In this document: positions 13,448-24,560 of the stretch, one piece after another
How positions within the stretch are numbered: the first letter of the stretch is position 1
Layout of the letters: each line of letters opens with the position of its first letter
Source of the DNA: Octopus bimaculoides
Lineage: Eukaryota
Assembly: GCF_001194135.2 (NCBI RefSeq)
Contig: NC_068988.1
Coordinates: 96,129,024-96,193,023 of the forward strand
Length of the DNA: 64,000 nt
Reading direction: 5' to 3'
Notes under the pieces: model-generated
Databases searched by the model: none
The model's input: the letters and a program-made list of their open reading frames with translations, nothing else
What the model was told of the DNA's origin: nothing
Position numbers and translations under genes: made by a program

Positions 13448-16400
13448 ATAAAACAAAATGCATTTAAATGCAAGAAACAACAAACAGTAGCAAGCAAGCC
13501 ACGGGTAGGTTTTCACGTTATTGCAGTAGTATTATTCAATAGCTCGAATAGCCATTATATCTAACATATAGACACACACACATTACATATTACACATACA
13601 CAGTTTTACCCGAAGTTAGCAGAATAATTACGATAAAGTAAATTAGTCTGAAGAAATTACTTAAAACAGGAAGGAAGATACAAATTGATGTGAAAAAGTT
13701 ATTAGAAATTGCTTCTGAGGATATTTTCGCCCAAAAGGTCAAACAGTACATATTAACAGGCTTTTTTTTTTTAATTAATTTTTAAATCAATGTGTTGACT
13801 AGGAATAACCTCGATTCTTGTCTTAATTAGTTCTAAGAATGGATACAAGCTTGGCGTGAAATCAATAGATAGCCATATCTCAAGGTATGTTTTACTTATC
13901 GATAAACTTATAAACCCTCAGAAAATAAGATTTATTACAGAAAAATTATATATTAATATTTCACTGTGATAGATCCTTAACAAAAAAAGGGATACCAAAC
14001 ACAAATATTACGATATTAGAAATCTAAGTCGTATGCTTTGAGGATGAATGATGGAGTTGATGCTGGCAATAAAAAATCGAGAAGTTTATTTCCTTCAAAC
14101 TTATAAACAGCTGACTCATTAAGATTCTTCCTTTAAAACAACGCGAACCCTAAACTAATAAGAGCATCATATTTCCATCCGAATGGATAGGAACAATGAG
14201 GAAGGTAGTTATCCGACTTCAAGTAGCCCCACAGAAGTATGAACATATACGGCATGAAGAGAATGGATGAGACACCGAGTTACTAACAGATTATGCCAAC
14301 AGACTTAAAAAGAAAAAGAACAAAACATTACCGGTGTGTGTGTGTGTGAACCAAGCAATACGACTACTAGAAGCGAGGAGGAGGAGAAAGTGGGTAGCCC
14401 GTAACTTGTCCATATGTGTGTGCGAGCCCCACTACGTGTGTGAACTCCCAAGGAAGACTTATCAGCTGATTTGCACAAGTTGCCGAGTCGTCGTCGTTCA
14501 ATTTGTGCTGATGGTGGTGCTTTGTTTAAATGATTGCAGAAAATATTGCCTACGTGAAAAAAATAAAAAAACGTGGCAAAAGAAATAAAAGGTGGGGGGG
14601 GGAGGACGCAAAAACAAGAATAAAATAAAAAGAAATCAAATTTCACAATTCTAATTTGATGTCAATGAGGTGTTAGAATGGAGAGAAAAATGCTGATAAA
14701 CTGCTGTGTTTATAAACCATTTTCCCTTTAGAATAAGCTTGATGGTGAATTATATATAGTAAGAGAGAAGAATTAATTTCTACACACGCAGTTAAAGCGT
14801 ATAATAATTTTTTTGACTTTTTTTTAAAACTAACAAGCGTTCACATATGTAAAAATACAAATGTCTTATCTTTGTCTTCTACATTAAAGAAAAATCCACT
14901 CTTCAACTATTACAACACTAACAAAAGAAATAAACTGAAATGGGAGCTATGTGTGTGTGTGTGTGTACAGGGTGTAAATATTCACCTCCTAATAATACAA
15001 CGAAAGCAAAATTTAACATTCAAATAATAGCTTTCCATTATATTCAATTCGTTGATATCACCTTCCTATTTTATTTTTGTGAAAGACGAAATCAATTTAG
15101 TAGTTCTGAAGGATAATGCGAATATGCTGGATAAATGTTAAAAGTCCAGTATGAGATTGTCTAAATATGCTTAGAGTGAATTTATAATATAAAAAATGGT
15201 GTATGCGGGCAGCAGAAGCGTATAAGGTGAATAAAACCATTCTACTACACAGCTAGAGGGGAAGAATTTGTCTTGACTCGACCATTAACAACGTGTAATA
15301 CTAACATCCACCACACATATACACACCACACGTCTATATAATATGCAGTCTAAGGACACACAAACTCACTGCTTGTCTCTGGCACTCACTCACTCACTCA
15401 GTATATCTCTCTCTCTTTCTCGCACACACACATCACTGGTTATAAGGAAGTAGCAAGAGAGTGAGAGGAACAGTGTGAGTGTGTGTGTTCGCTGCTTCAG
15501 TCCTGCTGGCGAGATTTAATGTAGCACAACATATAATACACACACACACACACACATATACAACCGTCTACCACCAGCACTGAATAAAACACCTCGCTGC
15601 TAATTTAATTACAAATAAAAAAGGACAAAATAAAAAGCTTTACATTTTTTTCTTTCGAATTATAAAATCAAGACCGAGAAATAATAATAAAACAACAACA
15701 AGCCTAAGTAAATCTGAAATGTTGAATTTTGCTTCGTAGATTTAACAAGACGCAAGGAGACATGACTCCAAAGTCGGGGATCAGCTTGATGGATTTCTTA
15801 AACGTTACAATAAAAGCAGACACCTCGTAATAGACATAGCTTTTTTTGTGTACTTTATATCTTGTATTAATTAATAAAGAAATATTTCCATCCTAATACA
15901 TGTACAAGCTCGTCATTATTATTATTAGCTCAACCTTTATATTACCACCATAGCTCACTACAATATATGTATATATACTGGTTATTTTCTGATTCATTAT
16001 CAAGACACACATGTATATATGCTATATATTAATGCGATCTTATAATCAGCAATTCAAATATGAAACCTGAATCTAATAATTAAAGACTAGGATGAAAAGA
16101 ATTAACAAAAAAACAATTTCATTTCAACAGGAACATAAAAAATAATCACCCTAGCATTAAATATATATTGCAGATTGTTAGTTATTAACTTCCGACAACT
16201 GAATAAGGATTTTAATTATTATTTTTAAGCTTAATTATTATAACAAAATCTGTCTGGATTGTTTGCTTCGACTTCTAAACATGAGAAAATAAACTTTCAA
16301 TGTTCCACAGACGAATCATATACACAACCTGCATCAGAAATATACAATATTATATTATATAGACATGTATGTATATATACGCATGTATGTTATATACATG

Positions 16401-16800
16401 TATTTATTATAGACACACTGGTTCGAGTGAACCGTTAAACTCTAGATTTTTGTAGCTTTTCCAAAAAGATTTTACAGCAGAGAGGAAAGAAATAAACAAA
16501 ATATGGGGGATAAAAAAAAGCTGCTTTAGCTTCTTTCTCTTTTATGGATAGAAATGAATAAATTATGGGCGGAAAAAAATAGTAAATCATCAACATCCGT
16601 GTAGTAGAATGGTTATTTTTCACGACTAAGCTAAGTGTGGAACCCAGGTAAAAATAAAAACCGAGATTATTAATCGTGAAGCTTCTGTCTGTCTGTCTTT
16701 TTTTTTTTTGGCATCAAATATGTCCTCGCGGTGGAGGGATGGGATTCTCAAGATGGAAAAACGAGGGGGTTTCTTTCCCCACCAGAAAGGAAATTCTTAC

Positions 16801-16863
16801 ATTGTTGTCTTCGTCAAGAGCCCTTGTAAGCCTCTCTTTTATCTCTATAGGAGAGAACTGCAT
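16801..16863 (-). CDS. MED26: MED26 exon 1 coding part (63 nt)
   Basis: ATG CAG TTC TCT CCT ... AAC AAT|gtaaga; MQFSPIEIKERLTRALDEDNN. Confidence 0.93.
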
Positions 16864-16929
16864 TGGGTCGATGGAATACTCCTAGGTTACGGCACTTCTG
16901 CCAAGCGAGTGACCGAAGTTCAGCCACCA

Positions 16930-17031
16930 GAATGGCGGTCGACCATACATTGTCAGGTTTTCTAAACCGCACTGCCATCTGGGAAACCTTAGCTCTACTC
17001 TGACGTCATAAAAAGCTTGTGTGACGTCACA
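16930..17031 (-). promoter_or_regulatory. MED26 proximal promoter: two full CRE palindromes and YY1-like motifs
   Basis: TGACGTCA at 17001-17008 and 17022-17029. AATGGCGG at 16931-16938 (+) and AGATGGC at about 16974-16980 (-). CpG-rich, about 140 bp upstream of the ATG. Confidence 0.7.
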
Positions 17032-17365
17032 TTCGCTGGTCTCCGGCGCACGGTCTCGAGTGGAGCATGCGTACTGCCGACAACCGTCCCGTTGCTTTTA
17101 AAACTTCAATGAGAGATGAAGATATCTCATTTAATACATATAGTTTCTATTTCGCTTATTTCATTTATAAGAAACGATCCAATTAATAAAATTACAAATA
17201 GGTTTCTATTTCGCTCATTTAATTTATAAGAAAGGATCCGATTAATAAAATTACAGTCGCAGTAGAAAGATTAAATGTTATTTAACTTGTGAGGGCAATT
17301 TATAAAGCTTATCAAATATTTTAAAACAGAAATTTGTAATTTCTACTAAATGCTAATTTAGTGTA

Positions 17366-18055
17366 CAGTGTTATTCAAAAAGAATGAACCGATTTCATTA
17401 CGCAATATTTTAATAAGGAAAAGCATAGAAAGCTCCAGCTAAGTCACAAGTATTTTCTCACAATCAACTTTTATTTCCTGTCTTACAAGTGTTCAATGTG
17501 GTCACCACCTGCAACACGGGCAACATCAATTCGTTAAGAGAATTTCTCCCACACGCGTATTATCACAATCAACTGAGTTGATCGCTGTTGTTATTCGATG
17601 TTTAAGGTCATCGCAGTTAGTGGGCAGCGGTGGAACATAAACCCACAAGAAAAACAAAAATCACACACGGTGAAGTCTGGGGATCTCGCAGACCAAGCAC
17701 AAAGTGCAAGGTCTTAGGCCCCTAATCCATCGCTGGGGCACTTTTTCATATAAAAAAGCTCGAACCATCGGGTGCCAATGGGGCGGTGCTCCAGCTTGTT
17801 GAAAAAGTCATGTGAATCTGCTTGTAATGAAGCGAAGAGCCAGTTTTGGAGCCCATCGAGATATGTTTGTCCTATAACGATGTTTTCTTCAAAGAAAAAG
17901 GGACCATGAACCTGGTCCCGAGTCACAGCACAGAAAACATTCACCGTAGGAGAATCTCTTTCATGCTCAACTGTTTCACGCGGGTGATCTGTTCCCCCCA
18001 AAACGCACATTGTGATGCTTGACTGTGTCGCTCGAGTGAAAGTCACTGCTTCACT
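17366..18055 (-). mobile_element. Degraded Tc1/mariner-superfamily transposase 3' fragment with TIR
   Basis: Peptide relics HERDSPTVNVFCAV...GPFFFEE, RSPDFTVCDF, VYVPPLP...LKHRITTAINSV, RIDVARVAGGDHIEHL*, with frameshifts. TA-CAGTG terminus at 17364-17370. Confidence 0.85.
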
Positions 18056-18994
18056 AAAAATAGTAGAAAGATTAAATGTTGAACAGCATTAGAGTCTATA
18101 AAGCTTATAAAATATTTTACTTTTAAAACAGAAATTTGTAATTTCTACCAAAAGCATTTAGTACATTTATAATAGGGGAGAGGACGTTAAAACATTTCCC
18201 CCACTAAATGAGGGCATAAGTAAATATTCAGTCGTCGTTAATATTTTAGATTAATAGCAGAAACTGTGATAGCTATCTAGCAGCAAAATGAAATTAATTG
18301 TATCAATATAATAATATAGCGTCTTAGAAAATAACTTTTTACGATAAATTGGTTGTTATTAGAAAATAGCAATATGGTGAAAGTGCGATTGTGGTTACTT
18401 CTTAGTAAAATTACGAAGATTACGAGATGGCTATAAAGAAATAACAACAAAAAATTTAAAGAACTTGGAAATGTCTATCTTTTGTATATCTCATTTCTTT
18501 TTGAATGGGATCAAATGCTAATTTGTTTTTTTTTACTGAAAAGTGGGATTCGAAACCGGAACGATGTCCTATCAAACTAAAAGCATTTCGCCAAGTATCT
18601 GGCCGTCTCCACGCCCTAGTTTTTTCATAGTGTAAAGGTGAAATGGGAATGATGTTACCGATTGGGTCGGGAAAGTTTTTTCTTTTAATATCTATTAGGG
18701 AAGGATTAACGATTTGAATAATTAAAAACTATCGTACTTAGAATAAACCCCAATAATTATTTCGGAACTATTTACAAGCAAATTAACTGTGTAACGAAGT
18801 CTATACACACACACACACATGCCAACAATCTTTAGATATTTATATTTTTTGTGGACCGTAGTAAAAAATATTTGGTCGCCAGAAAGGCATAGGGCACTTT
18901 TAAAACATTACTAGTAAAACAATAATATTAATATTTATAGAATATTTATAAAATCTTGAGATATGGTGGTATATATGTAGAAAGTATATATACA

Positions 18995-19045
18995 CAATGT
19001 GTGTAAATATACATGTATTATGTATGTATATATATACATTGTGTG

Positions 19046-19077
<32 letters not shown>

Positions 19078-19170
19078 TTATGCGTGTATATATATGTGTA
19101 TGTCTATATATAATGAATATACACATTATGAGTGTAATGTACATGTGTATACATACATAATGTGTATATA
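18995..19170. repeat. Compound (AT)n/(GT)n/(AC)n microsatellite
   Basis: Direct reading. Similar tracts at about 3155-3215, 11876-11950, 20500-20550, 24660-24720, 26723-26772 and around the N gaps. Confidence 0.9.
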
Positions 19171-20507
19171 TCACTTATTTAGAACAGGTAATTGAGTAAA
19201 CAAAAACATTAAAGTAGAAAACAATAAAAATATAAAAACAAAAAGAAGTTGTATATACATAGTTTCCGCTAGGTGTCGTTTGCGCATGAAAGTTGGAGAA
19301 TAGTCAGTATGAACACGAGAGCTCGTCGAAGCACGGGAGGTAACTGTTAAAGCCTTGTACAACCTTGTTAAACCGTGACCAGTTATTTTCCAATAGAAGC
19401 AGCACGGCCGACCATCCAGCTAGCCAGCCGCCTGTTAGACTCTGCCAATCGGTGCTCACCGAAAAAGTTCCCTTTGCTTAAATAATCTTGACGCATTAGC
19501 ATCTTAGCTTGAGCAAAATATATGGTGATGAAAATTATATTATCATATTAAGGGCAATTATTATCGAAATGTTTATCTAATTATTGGGTGAAAAAAGTAA
19601 ATTTTAATAATTTATTAAGCTACTTAACTGATGCGTCGTTTTATTGAGCATATTATTTAATTAGTGCGTGTTTAAAATTAATCTGGGTTAAGGAGTTATA
19701 TTGACTGAGTTTAAAGATTAATTTGAAGATTTTATACAAACTTTAGTTGCATTAATAAACTTTCATTGATAGTAAACGCTGAAATTTATGTCGATCTATT
19801 ACAATTATAACAATATGAATAATATTTAGGTTGGATTGTACTAAAATTGAAGATTATTTTATTTTCATTATTTTCCAGTACCGCTGCATAAAAAATTATA
19901 ATTTTAATCGAAGGTTTTGATCAATACAAGGAACTAAAAGGCTCCAGAGGAAATCGAAGCTTATACATATGTTGAAAACTTAAATATATCAAGCCATAAT
20001 GATCAAACAATAAAAACATTCGTGTGCGGTGGAGTGCTTACTTAACCCGGAACGATTAGTCAGCCCAAATCAAAACTAATTGACTTATGTAATATTCACT
20101 TAAAGACGAACATTTATTCATGATTTTGTTGTGGCATCTTACTTACAGAGATAAATTCCTCTGTGTTACACCCTTTCAGTTATACAGCGGGTACCCGTCA
20201 ATACTGGGTTAGGTTTTAATTAGATAGACCAAAATCTCGAACTTGTTCCTAGTTTAGAAATCATTATTCGCACACCCACCTTGCGTCTTGTAAACCCCTT
20301 TATGACACGTCTGTATGAAAAGGGCCCTGGTGGTATTAATGAAAATATCATTATTGATATTTCTTGTATATAACTAAAGTAGTAATTTGAAAAATGTTAA
20401 TTTCCTTACAATTTAATAGATACATTCATTTATTTCACTATAACCAATACCTTATATAACAAACAATTTAGTCTATTTTTATACTATACTCTCTCTCCCT
20501 CTCTCAT

Positions 20508-20539
<32 letters not shown>

Positions 20540-20683
20540 GATATACACATACATGTCTCTTGCTAAAAGTCACCAGCAGGCCTTAAGAGACACACTCGTG
20601 TCCATAGAACATAACCAACGCTTTATTTTACTGAACTCTCATTTGTCGTTCATATAAGAGAATCATATATATATATATATATA

Positions 20684-20939
20684 NNNNNNNNNNNNNNNNN
20701 NNNNNNNNNNNNNNNNNNNNNNNNNNNNNNNNNNNNNNNNNNNNNNNNNNNNNNNNNNNNNNNNNNNNNNNNNNNNNNNNNNNNNNNNNNNNNNNNNNNN
20801 NNNNNNNNNNNNNNNNNNNNNNNNNNNNNNNNNNNNNNNNNNNNNNNNNNNNNNNNNNNNNNNNNNNNNNNNNNNNNNNNNNNNNNNNNNNNNNNNNNNN
20901 NNNNNNNNNNNNNNNNNNNNNNNNNNNNNNNNNNNNNNN
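20684..20939. other. Assembly gap (N run); others at 3268-3277, 26713-26722, 28151-28421, 59060-59093
   Basis: Runs of N. Three are bordered by (AT)n tracts and one by poly(A). Confidence 0.99.
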
Positions 20940-23499
20940 TATTAACAGCAAATAGTTTGAAGGGAAACTTATAAAAACTAAGTTCTTTTGGTTGGATAAT
21001 CAGACAACCATTGTAGGAAAGTCACATCAATAATTGAATCTATAATTATTTTACAGGTACTGATTTCATCGACCTATGACAACGGGTGGCTGATAAAGTC
21101 GGTATGACCGAGATTTGAACTCAAAACAATAAATCGGGTTATGTTGCGTTTTGTTATCTTTGCCGTCTTTCTGATTGCGTAATGGTGAATAACTAAATCT
21201 ATTTTCGACGCTATATTCATAAAGGAAAGCTGTCAGTGAGTCTCTATCAATTTGTGGTTGGTGTAAACCATGGTTTCATATATAATGCGTTTCTTATTAG
21301 ATTTAGAAGTTTTATTATTTATGCATTTATAACAGATTCTACTCAAATATTTCTGTTATCCATATGTGCATACGATTTCCTAATTACAGTAATTCCAAGT
21401 TAGATAACAATTTTATTAGCCTAATATTTTAAATGATTTTTTTAAAGAACACCTTTCAAATGTGCATTAATGTATACACACAGACGTGTAATAACATGCA
21501 TGGAAGCATGTATACATACATTTGCTTTGTACATGACTTTCTAGGCAGCCATACGTCTTCTTTTTTCTTTCCTATCGTTTTAACCCTGAAGAAGGACTCT
21601 TCGAAACATTCACTGCTGTACTTCCCACAGCAATTATTTCACACTTTTACCAAATAATACAAGTCTTGCTAACACACGCCACTAGCAACCTCCCTTGATT
21701 CTGTTTTAGCTGATATTACACGTACATGTGTGATTACTTGGTTAAATTCCAGAAAAGAAAAAAAAGCTTTGTTTCAAGGTTGCAGCCCGGCTGTTTGTCT
21801 ACTGGAAAAATTTGAAGAATAAAAACAAGATTAAAGAGTAAGATGCTTCTCCGTCGGTTTCAAAGATAAAGTGCTTCAGTTATTCAACCAACAAAACCAC
21901 TTAATCATTGAATTATAATATGGCTGAGTATCCCACAGCCACTTGTATCCTTTATATCCCCAAACAGAATCAGTGTGACGAGGCTGGTTCTTTCAGATAT
22001 AGGTTTAGTCCATCTGATGGACTTCTATCAGTTTCTGTCGGTCTAATTTCGCTCGGAAGACATGAGTCGATTCGAGGTGATGGTAGACACACTTGCCCTA
22101 GACATGTGAAACGCCACGCAGTGGAACCAAACTTAGAATCTCCTGGAATTTCTTAACTACTCGGTCATGCTTGCAGCCTATTCACACTCGTACACACATA
22201 CCTATAAATATATATACACACACACTGACATCAAAGCGCAACAATCTGGCCTTATGACTTTCACTTGTGAGATCAATAGTGTTGAGGTTCATCTTGAACA
22301 AGAGCAAATCGACAACTGCAAGAAAAAATTGTAGGGAGGAAATTTCGAAAGAGAATTTTGTAGAAAAGGGGTTAAGTACTTCAGTTGTTCAGTCTTGTGT
22401 TCCAGTTGCTCATTGAATTGGTGTGTAAATGGTTGCATACTCCACATAATTCTCATACAGACACAATATAACACAGCATTTGACAATGTTAGGTGTTTGA
22501 ATTACAGGTGTAATTCAACCAACAGAATTCTACACAGTTTTCACCAACCCATATTCATTTAAAATGCTTTGGTCGACTCGACATTGTGATAAAAGATGCT
22601 TACTTCCCCTAAATTCCACATTATCTGATAGAGGTTGCGTCCAAAACGAGTACTGAACACTGGAGCAAAGGTGTATATTATTGGAACATAAAATTCGTGT
22701 GCCTGTCTATTGTAGATATACATATACAACACACACACACGTGTGTGTGTTGCTGTTGTTTTGTATTGTGCATTAGAAACATGTAGACTCCACTATATTT
22801 AACAAATGTAAGTTGAACATGATTAGATGTCCGAACTTAAAGGTTTCATGCAATTGCCTTATGGACAACTTTACTCAGTAGAGAAGCTGCTACATTCATG
22901 TCTGAAAAAGCAGCCAGATTCCCTTCAAATAACAACCTACTATCTTAGATAAAGGATATATTTGGCAATATACCTCCAATGGCCGCATCTGGAACACTTT
23001 TGATTATCAGTCTGCTTGCCAAAAGCGTGATAACAAGATTATTTACAGTGGATTTTCTTTTCAATTCGCTGATGTGTGCTGTTGTCATAAGATCAATAGC
23101 AGACAGCATTTAGGCTTAGATATATAATCCTACTTACATTACACACCTATTGGTATTCGCTTTTGCTCTGCTTTGCCATTGACCTTGTACCTTTATGCAA
23201 GTGAAGTTACATTATTCGCTATCGTTTTTACATTTTATTTCTATAAGTACAGTAACACTATTCCGTTCGGTAACTTGACAGACATAGAAGAACGATCTCT
23301 GATGAGTTTTTAATGAAAACTAAAACATGTCAGTTCAAATGCTTATATGGTTCGGACATAATATTGTGGTTAAGGAGTTCGATCCATAACCACGTATTTT
23401 TGAAGTGATCACTTTGAATGTATTCAATATTTACAGTAAAATTATTAATTTTTATATTTTTTTCTTTTTCTTTCTTTCTTTGCAGATCACTTTATATCA

Positions 23500-24560
23500 T
23501 TATCCCTTTCGAAATGAGTTCAGATCAGACCCATATCTGATACTGCATATCGTATGAATTCAAAAAGAGATTCCGCAGCAATGGAAGCGGCAAGAAATTT
23601 TCGTTCTGTCTACAGAAACGAAGTTGCAAGTGTCCGGATATGCCAACGATGGCTTGGTTAATTTCGTTCTGGAATTTTATCTCTCACAGACTCCCCTCTA
23701 TCTGGATGACCAATGTCTGACAATCTTGAACTTCTTAAAACCGTGAGGACAATCCAAACTGCACGAGAATTAGCAAAACAATTCAAGTTACACTTTGAGC
23801 ATAAAACGCTTTCAAGAACTAAGAAATGTGTCTAAACTTAGTCAATGGATCCCTCATCGTCTGAATGCTTCTCAGCTTAATCAAAGAGTTTATTCATCAT
23901 TGATAGGTTTACTACAAAAAACTTTCCGGAGTAGAATCATCACAACGGATGAAAAGCGGGTTCTTTGTAATCTTATCCAGCGAAAACTACAATGGTTTAT
24001 CAGCCATTGAAAAGGGGGAATCGATCCCCAGACTGTGACTACACCCGAAAAAAACGTTATGCTCTGTTTTTCTTTTCTCTTTTTTGTAGGATACGACGGG
24101 TATCGTCTATCATGAAGTGTTAAACCAAAACGAAAGAATGTGCAGAGGTCATCAGTTTGAAGGATTGCTAAAAAATTTACAAAAACAGCGCCGACCATTG
24201 GTCAGTCGTAAAGGAGAGTTGCTCTTATACGATTATGCCCTGACTACATGGCCTAATTCACTTAAGAAACTATTATGGCACTAAACAGAGGTTTTGTTTC
24301 ATCCTGCTTATTCATCTGATCTATCTGTCATCTTTTTAGATCGTTGAAACATTATTTCGAGGGAAAATAGAAAAATGATACTGTTTCTTTACTTGGAAAC
24401 CTGAAGAATTTTATGATCGGGGGGGGGGGGTCAATAATTTACCAAATAAATTGGATTTATATTATCAATTATTAGGGAAAATTTTATCCTGGTTAAGTAT
24501 ATTAATTAACACAAAAAAAGCTTCTATTTATTTCCCTTCTTGAAATGCGACAGGAGTTTC
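23500..24560 (+). mobile_element. Near full-length but decayed mariner element (pseudo-transposase)
   Basis: Relic motifs in order: HTH (MEAARNFRSVY...CQRW), WIPHRL (WVPHEL), IITTDEKRV (first catalytic D), HPEK, LLIHD, HPAYSSDL (YSPDLAP). Multiple stops and frameshifts. Confidence 0.88.

Larger units (their letters stand above)
3727..16863 (-). other. MED26: MED26 gene span (Mediator subunit 26), CDS join 16801-16863, 6232-6306, 3727-5454; 621 aa
   Basis: The spliced N-terminus MQFSPIEIKERLTRALDEDNN|VSDIPAVLEVIATLESYPITREALE|[14 protein letters not shown]...[11 protein letters not shown] matches the MED26 TFIIS-N-like domain. The C-terminus [15 protein letters not shown]...LLPYVNID matches the Med26 C domain. 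Both introns are phase 0 and GT-AG. Confidence 0.96.

Noticed and set aside
21586-21612. CTGAAGA-AGGACTCTTC-GAAAC-ATT, Penelope-like hammerhead remnant
   Set aside because: Stem II is marginal and stem I has no partner. Possibly a very old relic, but not supportable.
21779-21837. 59-nt + strand exon-like segment (VAARLFVYWKNLKNKNKIK, aag|...|gtaaga)
   Set aside because: No phase-compatible neighbouring exons could be assembled.
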